From: Deltaproteobacteria bacterium CG07_land_8_20_14_0_80_60_11
Lineage (GTDB): Bacteria; Desulfobacterota; Desulfobaccia; Desulfobaccales; 0-14-0-80-60-11
Assembly: GCA_002779455.1 (NCBI GenBank)
Contig: PEWM01000102.1
Location: forward strand, 12,685 to 42,269
Direction of reading: 5' to 3'
DNA length: 29,585 nt
Position numbers and translations under genes: made by a program. Below are positions 7,626-16,939 of this stretch, in pieces. How positions within the stretch are numbered: position 1 is the first letter of the stretch; each line of letters opens with the position of its first letter. Under the pieces are notes generated by a model, which did not search any database, was not told the DNA's origin, and worked only from the letters and a program-made list of their open reading frames with translations.

Positions 7626-8834
7626 TTGACGGCCCTGATGTTGGCCTCCATGGCCCTGGAGATAGCGCTCCTGCTGATTCTGCTGATCCACAGCCGCCAG
7701 CATGTGCGCCGGAGTTTTCCGATACGGGACCCCGGGGGATCATCTCCCGCGTCCGGCGCCTGGCCCGCCTACCCGAGGGTCGCCCTCATTGTGCCCCTGA
7801 CCGGGAACTCGCCGGAAATGGAGACCGCGCTTCAATCTCTGCTCAATCAGCCATACCCTGACTATGAAACCGTCCTGGTCACCCGGGACCTGGAGGACCC
7901 CGCCACGCCCCTGGTCCGGGCTTTGCTGGCCCATTACCCCCATAGCCGCCACATCGTCAGCGGCCCGGCGGCCGGCTGCTCCCAGAAGAACCACAACATC
8001 CTGGCCGGGGTCGGGGCCCTGGACGACTCCGTGGAAATTCTGGTGTTTTGCGACAGCACTCACCAAGCCCGGTCAAACTTTCTCCGGGAACTCATTCACC
8101 CCCTGGCCACCGGGGCCGCCGTCCTGACCTCCGGTTTCCACCGCATCATTCCCGGCGATGCCCGGGTGCCGACGCTGGGAATGCTCCAGACGGTATTGAC
8201 CCTGCACCTGCTGCACGGTTTTGCCGCCATCGCCCTGCCTTGGGGCGGGGCCACCGCTATTCTCCGATCCGTCTTCCACCATTGTGGGATCGCCGGCGTC
8301 CTGGGGAGAAATGTGTTGGACGACTTTCCCCTGGGGCAGCGCCTGCTGCGGTTCGGCATCCGGACGAATCCGGTGGCCACCGCCATCCTCAACACCCCCC
8401 TCGCCGGCCAGACCATGCGCGGCTGGAACACCTGGCTGACCAGGCAAATGTTATATGCGAAATACATCATGCCCGGCGCCTGGCTGGCCGCGGCGCTGGC
8501 GGTGTGGGTGCTGGCCGGGCCCATTCTCCTGGCGGTCCTGGCCGGCCTGGGGGGCGTGGCCGGACTGGTGGACCCGCCCCTGGCCCTGATCAGTTTAGGG
8601 TTTTTGTTGACGTTGACCGCCATCGGGGCCTGGTGCCGCACCCTAATCCCCCACCCGGCGCCTTTGGGACCATGGCTCCTGGCCTTTTATGCCAACATTT
8701 TCATGGCCTGCTGGTGCTATATCAAAACCTGGCGGACCGGCACCATCGCCTGGCGCGGCATCTCCTACCGGGTCACCTGGGGCGGCAGGGTGCGGGAAAT
8801 TATCCTCACCCCGGAATCCGAACGGAACCCTTAA
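7626..8834 (+). CDS. GT2-fold glycosyltransferase, ceramide glucosyltransferase (GT21)/HpnI-like, 402 aa
   Basis: N-terminal TM; VALIVP, DLEDPA, CSQKNHN, FCDS, WGGATA, LDDFPLG, WLTRQ; C-terminal TMs ending in IAWRGISY. TTG start after SD GGAGGA. Confidence 0.75.
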   Translation: MTALMLASMALEIALLLILLIHSRQHVRRSFPIRDPGGSSPASGAWPAYPRVALIVPLTGNSPEMETALQSLLNQPYPDYETVLVTRDLEDPATPLVRALLAHYPHSRHIVSGPAAGCSQKNHNILAGVGALDDSVEILVFCDSTHQARSNFLRELIHPLATGAAVLTSGFHRIIPGDARVPTLGMLQTVLTLHLLHGFAAIALPWGGATAILRSVFHHCGIAGVLGRNVLDDFPLGQRLLRFGIRTNPVATAILNTPLAGQTMRGWNTWLTRQMLYAKYIMPGAWLAAALAVWVLAGPILLAVLAGLGGVAGLVDPPLALISLGFLLTLTAIGAWCRTLIPHPAPLGPWLLAFYANIFMACWCYIKTWRTGTIAWRGISYRVTWGGRVREIILTPESERNP

Positions 8835-8915
8835 TGAATCCAGGTCACAGAGACATCACGATACCCTTACCCCGGTTGACCCCGGGCTCCGCCCGGCTCA
8901 CCCGGCCCTGACGCT

Positions 8916-9983
8916 ATGGCCAGAATTCTCTATGGGGTCCACGGCATCGGACACGGCCACGCGGTGCGGGCCCTGACCATTGCCCGGCATTTTCCCGAGC
9001 ACGAGTTTCTCTTTGTCAGCCACGATACCGGGGCCGCCATCCTGGGGCAGGAATTCCCGGTAGAGGAATGCCCCAACCCGCCGACGGTCGTCAGGGGCCA
9101 CCGGGTGGACGTAGCCGCCACCCTGATCGCCAGCCTCAGAGTCAGGTGTCAAGCGCGGCGCCATCTGCGCCAGGTTCTGGACCTCATGGACCGGTTCCAA
9201 CCCGACGTGACCATGACCGATTATGAGTATTTCCTACCCCAGGCGTCTCGCCGGGCCGGAGTCCCCTGCCTGTCCATCGACCATCAACACGTCATCACCT
9301 GCTGCCGCCACCCGGTCCCCTGGACCCAGTATCCCAGTTATCTCTCCACCAGCTATGCCGTGGCCTCCCTGTTCAGCCGGGCCACGGATTTTCTGGTGAT
9401 CTCCTTTTTCCAGGCTCCGGTGAAACCCGGGGTTCGGGCCAAAATCCTGCCGCCGCTCCTCCGGGAAAGCGTGCGGGAGCGCCGGCCTACCCTCGGCGAC
9501 CACGTGGTGGCCTACCAGGGCTATACCACCTTCAAGCGGTTTTTCCCCTTCCTGAGCGCCATCCCCTCGAAGGTGTTGGTCTACGGCTTTAACGAGGAAC
9601 GCACCGAAGGCAACCTCATCTTCAAGAAAAACTCCGAGGCCGGCTTCCTAAATGACCTCTCGTCCTGCCGCTACGTGGTGTGCGGCGGCAGCCACACCCT
9701 GATGTCCGAGGCCCTGTTCTACGGCAAGCCGGTGATCTCTTTCCCCATCAAAAACGCCTTCGAGCAATTTTTGAACGCCTTTTATATCGACCGGCTGGGA
9801 TACGGCCGGTATTTCAGCGGCTTTCACCCCCGGCCGGAGATCATCCCCGCCTTCGAAACCCACCTGGACCGCTGCCGCGAGAACATCCAGACCGGCAATT
9901 TCTGCGGCAACCAGGAGATTTTCGCGCTGGTAGATCAGTTTATCCGCGAGAAAAAGTTGGATTATGGAGAGAGCTTACCCTGA
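8916..9983 (+). CDS. GT-B glycosyltransferase, MJ1255/VC2487-like (GT1-related), 355 aa
   Basis: RILYGVHGIGHGHAVRA, TDYEY, SIDHQH, CGGSHTLMSEALFYGKP, P...FEQ.LNA. Confidence 0.85.
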   Translation: MARILYGVHGIGHGHAVRALTIARHFPEHEFLFVSHDTGAAILGQEFPVEECPNPPTVVRGHRVDVAATLIASLRVRCQARRHLRQVLDLMDRFQPDVTMTDYEYFLPQASRRAGVPCLSIDHQHVITCCRHPVPWTQYPSYLSTSYAVASLFSRATDFLVISFFQAPVKPGVRAKILPPLLRESVRERRPTLGDHVVAYQGYTTFKRFFPFLSAIPSKVLVYGFNEERTEGNLIFKKNSEAGFLNDLSSCRYVVCGGSHTLMSEALFYGKPVISFPIKNAFEQFLNAFYIDRLGYGRYFSGFHPRPEIIPAFETHLDRCRENIQTGNFCGNQEIFALVDQFIREKKLDYGESLP

Positions 9984-10033
9984 CCTGGGGGGATGAGGCG
10001 TGCGGCGGTTACGCAAAATTCCTTGAAAGTTGT

Positions 10034-10086
10034 GTAGGACAGCCGCCCCCGGCTGTCCCGGCACAGGCTGGAAAGCCTGTGCCACC
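10034..10086. repeat. Composite REP (GTAGGACAGCCGCCCCCGGCTGTCC + GGCACAGGCTGGAAAGCCTGTGCCACC)
   Basis: Two adjacent hairpins between convergent genes; the second is near-identical to 2732-2758. Confidence 0.85.
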
Positions 10087-10109
10087 GAGACAAAACGGTA
10101 ATCGCGGCG

Positions 10110-11345
10110 CTATCCGGCCGAACGCGGCCGGGTAGCCCCCTGGAAAAGCGCCTTCAAGCGGGCGTAATTCGTCCTGGAGTCGAATTCCCGGGCCACCAGC
10201 GCGCCTCCGGCGTGGGCCCGGCGGCGGGCCTCGGTGGGGTCAGACAGGGCGGCGCAAATATCCCGCGCCAGTGCCTGGGGGTCCTCCGGGGGGGTCAGCC
10301 AGCCCGTATCCCCCGGGATCACGATTTCAGGAATGCCGGAAACCTCCGTGGCGACCACCGGCACCTCATGCTGCAAGGCCTCCAAGATTACCGTGGGAAT
10401 CCCGTCCCGGTCCCCCGAAGGCGCCACCAGACTGGGCATGATGAACAGGTGGGCCTGTTGTAAGAGACGCGAGATCTGCCGATGTGGCACAAACCCGGGG
10501 AGTTCCACCCGCGCGGTCAGGTTATATTCCCTGAGGAGTTTTAAAATCTGAGGCCGCTCCGGACCATCTCCGGCCAGGGTCAGGTGAAAATCCACCCCTT
10601 GCTCCGCCAGGAGCCGACACGCCTCCAGAAGCAGAGGAAAGCCTTTTTTCCGCACAAACCGTCCCGCGGCCAGCAGGCGAAAGGGGGGAGAGACCGGAAT
10701 GGCTTGCCTCTGAGCCTTGGCCAGCGGCGCGCCGGGGTAAATATTCACCAACTTCCCGGCGGTCTGGGGAAACAAGGCGGTCAGATACCTCAGGTTGGAG
10801 CGGTTTTCGGTGCGGATAAACGCCGCGGCTGAGAGTTTCTCAAGGAGGGCCCCATCCGGAGGATAAATGTCTTGGGCGTGGGCGCAGAAGCTAAAGGGGA
10901 TGCCACTCAGACGGGAAGCCACCCAGGCCGCGGTAGCCGGGCCGTCGGCCCAGGGGGCGTGGATGTGGCCGATGCCGTCGGCCGTCATCATCCCGGCCAG
11001 ATGCACCCCGGTAAGACACGCCCACAGGGCCTCGCCCCAGGTCTCCAGGCTGCGCCACCGGCGCACCGCCACCCGCCGCAAAAACTGAGCCGCCCCGGGA
11101 CCCCAGGTGCGGCCCAGACTCACCAGGTCCCGGCCTAGCATCCCCGTGGCGGCAATCCCCAGATGATGCACCGGGGCCAGCACTTCGGCCATCCCGGCCA
11201 GGCGGCCGGGCGGCCGGGGCCCATAGAGGCTGTAAACCCTGACGTCGAGGCCCAACCCCACCAGGGTGTTGACTTCGTCCAGGATGAAAGTCTGGGAGGG
11301 CTCGGGAAACCAGAGGAGGAGGTAAGCTACACGCGGTCCGGGCAT
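10110..11345 (-). CDS. GT4 glycosyltransferase (WcaL-like), ~411 aa
   Basis: FPEPSQTFILDEV, HIHAPWA, FSFCAHA.DIY, AGRFVRKKGF, DRDGIPTVILEAL, VVATEVSGIPE. Start set at ATG 11345; the ORF-track extension to 11792 overlaps the upstream gene. Confidence 0.9.
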   Translation of the reverse strand: MPGPRVAYLLLWFPEPSQTFILDEVNTLVGLGLDVRVYSLYGPRPPGRLAGMAEVLAPVHHLGIAATGMLGRDLVSLGRTWGPGAAQFLRRVAVRRWRSLETWGEALWACLTGVHLAGMMTADGIGHIHAPWADGPATAAWVASRLSGIPFSFCAHAQDIYPPDGALLEKLSAAAFIRTENRSNLRYLTALFPQTAGKLVNIYPGAPLAKAQRQAIPVSPPFRLLAAGRFVRKKGFPLLLEACRLLAEQGVDFHLTLAGDGPERPQILKLLREYNLTARVELPGFVPHRQISRLLQQAHLFIMPSLVAPSGDRDGIPTVILEALQHEVPVVATEVSGIPEIVIPGDTGWLTPPEDPQALARDICAALSDPTEARRRAHAGGALVAREFDSRTNYARLKALFQGATRPRSAG

Positions 11346-12511
11346 TTTGGGGCTCTCCGGTCCTTCAGGAGACTTGACAGCACCGTCTCGTACCGGCGCG
11401 TCATGGCCTCCAGGGAAAAATTGGCCACCGCTATCTCTCGACCGGCCCGGCCCAAGGCCTCCCTGGCGCCGGCATCTCCCAGGGCCTGGCTCATAGCCGC
11501 GGCCAGGGCCGGGGCGTCCCCCGGGGGGACCAGCCAGCCGGTGCGGCCCGGAACCACCAGCTCCGGCAGCCCTCCCACCCGGGTGGCCGCCACCGGCAAA
11601 CCCGCGGCCATAGCTTCCAGGACCACATTGGGCAAAGCCTCGTAACGGGAACTCAAGACCAGCAGGCAGGCCTGGTGCAACAAAGGCCGGATGTCTGGCT
11701 GCCCCGGCCAAAACCGGACCCGGTCCGGGGCCAGGCTCCGCCGCACCTGCTCCTGGATGGCTTGTCGCCGGGGCCCGTCCCCCACCAGCCATAATTCCGC
11801 CTGGGGAAAGGCCGCCGATACCTGACTAAAGGCGGCGATCAGGGTGTCGTGGTCTTTATCCGGCACCAGGCGCGCCACCGACAGGATCACCTGGGGGTTT
11901 GGCCTCTGACCCGCCGGGCCGGGGCCATAAAATTCCGTATCCACCCCGTTAAGGATCACCGTAATTCTTGCCGGCGGAATCCCGTAGCGTTGGGTCAACT
12001 CCGCCTTTAAGGCTGCGGTGTTGCACAGCAGGTGATTCATCAAAGGCCACAGCAGGCGTTCGTGCTGGCGCCAGGGGGCCCCGCCGCCCCGGCAGTTGCC
12101 CACAATCACCGGCGCCCGGGCCAGGCGGCCCAGGATGCGGCCCCAAATATTGGGCACCACGGTCAGGAGCATCAGCAGGTCCGGCGGCTGGCGATGCAGC
12201 CGGCGCCAGAGATTAATCAGGGCCAGAGGGCCAACCGCGGCTTGCCGGGCCAGCCGGACCACCGGGATGCCCCACTCCCGAGCCAGCGGCGCCAAATCGT
12301 CCCCGGCGGTCATCACCCAAACCTCGACCTGGAACCGGCCGGGATCCAGACGGCGGGCCAGTTCCAGGGTCTGGCGCTGGGTGCCGCCGAATTTTAAGTC
12401 CTGGAGGAGGAAAACCAGGCGGGCCGGACGAGCGGTTGGGGAAGGGCCTGAAAGTGGCCACAGTCGAGACCGCCCCTGATCCCTAACCCCCGGTCCCTGG
12501 CCCCTGGCCAT
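11327..12511 (-). CDS. GT4 glycosyltransferase, ~394 aa
   Basis: LQDLKFGGTQRQ, ITVILNGVDT, VARLVPDKDH, SSRYEALPNVVLEAMAAGLPVAATRVGG. ATG coupled to the upstream stop (TGATG). Confidence 0.9.
   Translation of the reverse strand: MARGQGPGVRDQGRSRLWPLSGPSPTARPARLVFLLQDLKFGGTQRQTLELARRLDPGRFQVEVWVMTAGDDLAPLAREWGIPVVRLARQAAVGPLALINLWRRLHRQPPDLLMLLTVVPNIWGRILGRLARAPVIVGNCRGGGAPWRQHERLLWPLMNHLLCNTAALKAELTQRYGIPPARITVILNGVDTEFYGPGPAGQRPNPQVILSVARLVPDKDHDTLIAAFSQVSAAFPQAELWLVGDGPRRQAIQEQVRRSLAPDRVRFWPGQPDIRPLLHQACLLVLSSRYEALPNVVLEAMAAGLPVAATRVGGLPELVVPGRTGWLVPPGDAPALAAAMSQALGDAGAREALGRAGREIAVANFSLEAMTRRYETVLSSLLKDRRAPKCPDRV
12474..12508. repeat. Five tandem degenerate heptamers
   Basis: CCCTGAT CCCTAAC CCCCGGT CCCTGGC CCCTGGC, within the GT4 N-terminal extension. 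Confidence 0.6.
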
Positions 12512-13788
12512 CAATACCCCATCAAGCCGCAGCAGCGGGAGCAGACGGGCATCAACCCCTCGGTGGCGAGGCTCTGCCGGAATTTACGGTAAGCCGGGGA
12601 GTTCCAGAGCTCGGTGATGGTGGCCTCTTTGATGTTCCCCACCACATAGTCGTGGTAGTCCCGGCAGGGCGAGAGGTCGCCGTTGCTGTTGACTTCCACG
12701 GCCTGGAAGATGGAGATGCACTGCTTGAAGCCGAAGTAGTTCCCGTGGTCGGTGTAGTAGGCGCGCAGGTTGTCTTCTCCGGTAATGGAGGGGATCAGGG
12801 TGACCGCCGGCGCCGTCCCCGGGCGGGACCGCGCGACCACCGCCTCGAGTTGGCGGTTCAGCTCCCGGTAGTCATCCGGCTTCCAGCCTCCCACCCAGCC
12901 CCGGGGCCGCACCGGCGTAAACCCGAAGCGGCGGCGAAAGTCCGCCTCGTGAGCCTGGCACCGCGCCGCATCGATCCACCAGGACAGGTAGAAGACAAAC
13001 AGGTCCACCTTGTCCCGAAAGGCCTCGTAAATGTCCACCAGGTGCCGGAAATTGGCCTGAGAAATGGTGGTCAGGGAGGCAATCAGGGGCAGGGTGCTGC
13101 CGCGGGCCCGCCTGGCCTCACCCACCGCAGCCAGGGCGGCCTGAATATCGGCGAAGTTGCCGGCCCCCCCCACCCCCGGACGCGCCTGGTTGTGCAGGGT
13201 AGCATCGGGGCCGTCGATGGACAGCTGCAGGAGAAACATGGGCGCCTGCACCAAGCGCTCGGCGGCGGCGGCCACCCGGGTGCCGTTGGTGGCGATGGCG
13301 GTGGGCAACTTAAGGGCGGCGGCGGCTTCGATCAACTGAAGAGAGCCCTCATAAAGCATGGGTTCGCCGCCCCAGAGATAGACAAAGGGGTGGTGGCCGT
13401 GACGCGTCAGGTCCCGCAGGACTTCCAGGTACCGGTCCAGCGAGACTTCGTTCCGCTTCAGGTCCCGCAGATTCTGGCCGTGCAGAAACCCCTGGTCGCC
13501 CCACTGGCCGCAGGTGTGGCAGCGCAGATTGCAGAGATCGGTGATGCGGAAACTCAACTGGCGAATCTTGTTAGCTTCTCCGGTTTGGGCCCGGGGATAG
13601 AGCAGATTGAAGAGCCACTTTTCGCCCTGGAGAGTCGCCAGCTTGGCGCCGATCCAGGGATGTTTCGCCAGGCGCCGGAAGTTTTTGACCACTACTCCCA
13701 GCGCGATCCTGCTCCTTGTACCCATGAAAACCTTGTGCCTCGATATTTGATATAATGAACGGCGCGGGCCCGACGAGTCCCGATTCAC
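12511..13788 (-). CDS. Radical SAM protein with SPASM/twitch-type C-terminal domain
   Basis: CNLRCHTC (CxxxCxxC), WGGEPML, TNG, SIDG; C-terminal CISIF..EVNSNGDLSPC...GNI......ELWNS...CSRCC. No B12-binding domain apparent. Start may be ATG 13725. Confidence 0.9.
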   Translation of the reverse strand: MNRDSSGPRRSLYQISRHKVFMGTRSRIALGVVVKNFRRLAKHPWIGAKLATLQGEKWLFNLLYPRAQTGEANKIRQLSFRITDLCNLRCHTCGQWGDQGFLHGQNLRDLKRNEVSLDRYLEVLRDLTRHGHHPFVYLWGGEPMLYEGSLQLIEAAAALKLPTAIATNGTRVAAAAERLVQAPMFLLQLSIDGPDATLHNQARPGVGGAGNFADIQAALAAVGEARRARGSTLPLIASLTTISQANFRHLVDIYEAFRDKVDLFVFYLSWWIDAARCQAHEADFRRRFGFTPVRPRGWVGGWKPDDYRELNRQLEAVVARSRPGTAPAVTLIPSITGEDNLRAYYTDHGNYFGFKQCISIFQAVEVNSNGDLSPCRDYHDYVVGNIKEATITELWNSPAYRKFRQSLATEGLMPVCSRCCGLMGY

Positions 13789-13852
13789 TCGCCATTATAC
13801 CCCAGTACGGCGGAATCCCCAACCCCTAGACGACAGAGGGGAAAGAATGGTC

Positions 13853-13881
13853 TTGACAAGCGCCCCTTCCCGGGCCAGAGT
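13853..13881 (+). promoter_or_regulatory. Possible sigma70 promoter in the divergent region
   Basis: TTGACA (13853-13858), 17 nt, CAGAGT (weak -10). Confidence 0.35.
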
Positions 13882-13929
13882 CCTTAGCATCACCGGGGAT
13901 GAAACCTGTCCCCCGATGAATCAAGCCTC

Positions 13930-15138
13930 ATGAAAGCGCTGGTTTACTATCGCTCGGTGGGCCGCTACCTGCTGGCCAAAGGCCTGAACCGCTTCTGGCC
14001 CCGGACCTTCTTTGCCGGGGTGGCGCCCCTCAGGTTGCAGGAGATGGAGTTCAGCCCCCCCGGGCCGGCCTGGGTAGTGCTGCGCCCCCGCCTGTGCGGC
14101 ATCTGCGGCTCGGACCTGAGGCTCTTAAAAGGGGCCGAATCCTTTTTGCTGGAGCCGTATGCCTCCATGCCGGCGGTGCTGGGGCACGAAGTGGTGGGCG
14201 AAGTGGTGGAGGCCCCCTCGGGGTCCGGATGGCGGGCGGGCGACCGGGTGGTGGTGGAGCCGGTCCTGCCCTGCGCCGTCCGGGGGGCGCCGCCGTGCCG
14301 TTACTGCGCCGCCGGAGCCTATAACCTCTGCGAGAACTTCCTCGAAGGAGATCTGGCCCCCGGGGTGAGTCTGGGCTTCACCCGGGGCGTGGGAGGCGGC
14401 ATGGCCGGGATGATGGCCGCCCATCCCAGCCGGCTGGTGCGGGTGCCGGATAATGTCCCCGATGAGGTGGCCGTGCTCACCGATTCCCTGGCCTCGGCCC
14501 TCCAGCCGGTCCTGGATAACTTCCCGGCCGACCGGCACACCGTGGTGATCTATGGCGCCGGCATCATCGGCCAGCACCTGCTCCGCCTGCTCCGGGCCCT
14601 GGGCTCCGCGGCCCGGGTGGTGATGGTGGCCCGGTACCGCTTCCAGGAAGAACTGGCCATAGAAGGTGGGGCCGATGCCGTCATGTTAAGCCCCAGCCGG
14701 ACCCTGCTGGGAGAGGCCGTGGGGGCCCGATTGGCGCCCACCACCCTAAAGGGCGGCAACCTGGAGGGCGGCGCCGACCTGTTCTTTGACTGCGTGGCCA
14801 GCACAAGCTCCCTGCAAGAGGGACTCCTGACCCTGCGGGGCCGGGGGACCTACGTCATGGTGGGCACCGCCGGCGCCCTGGGGCCGGTGGACTTCTCCAG
14901 CCTGTGGTTCAGGGAGCTGAAGCTCACCGGCTCCGCCATGTACGCCCACGGCGTCTGCCAGGGCCGGACGGTGCGCACCTATGAAAAGGCCGTGGAATTG
15001 CTGGCCCAAGGGGATTATCCCTCACAGGGGCTGGTTTCCCACCTCTTCCGGCTGGCCGATTACCGCCGGGCCTTTAAGGTGGCCTTTGACAAGCGCCGCC
15101 ATCAAAGCCTCAAGGTGGCCCTGGATCTGAGGGATTGA
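13930..15138 (+). CDS. Zn-dependent medium-chain (MDR) alcohol/polyol dehydrogenase, 402 aa
   Basis: GICGSD, LGHEVVG, structural-Zn cysteines (C..C..C..C), Rossmann GAGIIG. Confidence 0.88.
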   Translation: MKALVYYRSVGRYLLAKGLNRFWPRTFFAGVAPLRLQEMEFSPPGPAWVVLRPRLCGICGSDLRLLKGAESFLLEPYASMPAVLGHEVVGEVVEAPSGSGWRAGDRVVVEPVLPCAVRGAPPCRYCAAGAYNLCENFLEGDLAPGVSLGFTRGVGGGMAGMMAAHPSRLVRVPDNVPDEVAVLTDSLASALQPVLDNFPADRHTVVIYGAGIIGQHLLRLLRALGSAARVVMVARYRFQEELAIEGGADAVMLSPSRTLLGEAVGARLAPTTLKGGNLEGGADLFFDCVASTSSLQEGLLTLRGRGTYVMVGTAGALGPVDFSSLWFRELKLTGSAMYAHGVCQGRTVRTYEKAVELLAQGDYPSQGLVSHLFRLADYRRAFKVAFDKRRHQSLKVALDLRD

Positions 15139-16172
15139 GGGCATCGGGACCACCCATGCAACTGGTGATCTCCATCGACGTGGAAGAAGAAGGGCTGTTT
15201 TCCGGCCTCTATCCCCGCACTCCCCCGGGGGTGACCAACGTGGCGGAACTTGCGCGCCTGGCGTTCATCCCCCGGGATTTCGGCTTGCCCCTGACGCTCC
15301 TGGTCACTTACCAGGTGGCCCGGGACCCCGCCGCCTGCCGGGTCCTGGCCGGGTGGCGGGACCGCTACGGGGCGGAGATCGGCGCCCATCTGCATCCCTG
15401 GAACACCCCGCCTTTTGCCGACCTGCCTGACCCCGAACCGGTGCGATCCGAAAAGCTGCCCCGGCCACTCCTCCGGGATAAGTTCACCAGCCTGATCTCC
15501 CAGGTCCGGGCCGGGCTAACGGTCACGCCCCGGTCCTTTCGCATGGGGCGGTTTGATGCGGGCCCCCAGGTCTTCAGCCTTTTGCGGGAGTTCGGCCTGG
15601 AGGTGGACAGCAGCGTGGCGCCGCTCACCCGCAAGAATCCTGATCCCCGCTTTTTCCTGGCCCCGGCGGACCCCTTTTTTCTCGGCGACCTCGGGCCGGA
15701 GGGCAAGCCCCTCTTGGAGGTTCCCATCACCCTGGTGCCCGTGGTGGCCGGGACCCCGGAGTTGGTTGAGCGCCTGGCGGCAATGGCGCCGCCATCCTGG
15801 GGCGACCGCCTGCGGAGTTTATACCGCTATGGGGGCGTCGCCGGGGTGCAGCCGGCCATGTATCCTCTCGTTTCCCTGCAACTGGCGGCCTACCTCCACC
15901 GCCGCCGCGGGGGCCGGGTGCTCACCATGTATTTCCACTCCTCCGAACTCAAACCCGGCGCCAGCCGGCTCTTTCCCACCGAGGCCGCGGTCAGCCGGTT
16001 CGTCAATAAGATCCGCACCTTCCTCACCTGGCTGGTGCAAACCGGCCCGGTTTCGGGGGTGACCCTGACGGAATTAGGGGAAGATTGGCAGAAAGCCGAC
16101 CAACCGGATGTCGGTCAGGTTGCCGGGGGGGAGGGGACGGGGCCGGCCGGCGCCGAACCAGGCTCGGCATAA
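15135..16172 (+). CDS. Polysaccharide deacetylase / NodB-like (WalW-type) protein
   Basis: [16 protein letters not shown] (metal-binding HxH), SFRMGRF, VDSSV, LLEVP, YFHSSEL. Start is TTG 15135 (coupled) or ATG 15156. Confidence 0.8.
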   Translation: MRASGPPMQLVISIDVEEEGLFSGLYPRTPPGVTNVAELARLAFIPRDFGLPLTLLVTYQVARDPAACRVLAGWRDRYGAEIGAHLHPWNTPPFADLPDPEPVRSEKLPRPLLRDKFTSLISQVRAGLTVTPRSFRMGRFDAGPQVFSLLREFGLEVDSSVAPLTRKNPDPRFFLAPADPFFLGDLGPEGKPLLEVPITLVPVVAGTPELVERLAAMAPPSWGDRLRSLYRYGGVAGVQPAMYPLVSLQLAAYLHRRRGGRVLTMYFHSSELKPGASRLFPTEAAVSRFVNKIRTFLTWLVQTGPVSGVTLTELGEDWQKADQPDVGQVAGGEGTGPAGAEPGSA

Positions 16173-16939
16173 TAATCTGTTGGCATAAGCCCCCGGCCCT
16201 GGCGGGAGAAGATGCGGGACTGGGCCCAGCCACGTTTTTCCAGAAAAAATTTCACCGAAGTCACCAACACTCCCAGGCCGTATTTCACGCTCCGGGGAAA
16301 GTTGATGGAAGAGGCTTCCGGGAAATACCGGGTGGGACAGGAAACCTCGCCGATGGGAAAGCCTAAGTAAATGGCCTGGGCCAGCATCTGGTTGTCGAAG
16401 ACAAAATCGTCGGAGTTCTCCCAGAGAGGGAGAGTCTCCAGAACCTTCCGGGAGAAGGCGCGGAAACCCGTGTGATATTCGGAGAGTTTGGCGCCCAGGA
16501 GGAGGTTCTGGAGCAGGGTGAGCACGCGGTTGAATAGATATTTATAGGGGGGCATGCCTCCCTGCCGGGTTTTGCCCCCCAAGATGCGGGAGCCGATGGC
16601 CACCTCGTATTCGCCGCTGGCCACCAGACCGGCCAGGGCCGGGATGATCTTGGGGGAATATTGGTAATCGGGGTGCACCATCACCACGATATCGGCGTCC
16701 AGTTTCAGGGCCTCGGTGTAACAGGTTTTTTGGTTGCGGCCATAGCCCAGGTTCCGCTCATGCAAAAAGCACCGGATGCCGAGCCGCCGGGCCACCTCCA
16801 CCGTCTCATCGTGGGAGGCGTCGTCCACCAGCAAGACTTCATCCACCACATCAAAGGGGATGTCCTTAAAGGTGCGTTCCAGGGTTTGGGCGGCGTTATA
16901 GGCAGGCATGACCACCAACACTTTTTTCCCGGCTAACAT
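16115..16939 (-). CDS. GT2 polyprenol-phosphate glycosyltransferase (DPM1-like), 274 aa
   Basis: [52 protein letters not shown]. Confidence 0.88.
   Translation of the reverse strand: MLAGKKVLVVMPAYNAAQTLERTFKDIPFDVVDEVLLVDDASHDETVEVARRLGIRCFLHERNLGYGRNQKTCYTEALKLDADIVVMVHPDYQYSPKIIPALAGLVASGEYEVAIGSRILGGKTRQGGMPPYKYLFNRVLTLLQNLLLGAKLSEYHTGFRAFSRKVLETLPLWENSDDFVFDNQMLAQAIYLGFPIGEVSCPTRYFPEASSINFPRSVKYGLGVLVTSVKFFLEKRGWAQSRIFSRQGRGLMPTDYYAEPGSAPAGPVPSPPAT

Noticed and set aside
11346-11792. Extended N-terminus of the 560-aa GT4 ORF
   Set aside because: Overlaps the upstream GT4 in another frame; low-complexity Gly/Pro sequence.
7626-16172. Hopanoid (hpn) cluster
   Set aside because: HpnI-like GT, radical SAM and deacetylase are suggestive, but there is no squalene-hopene cyclase or hpnCDE, and the radical SAM lacks HpnJ's B12 domain.
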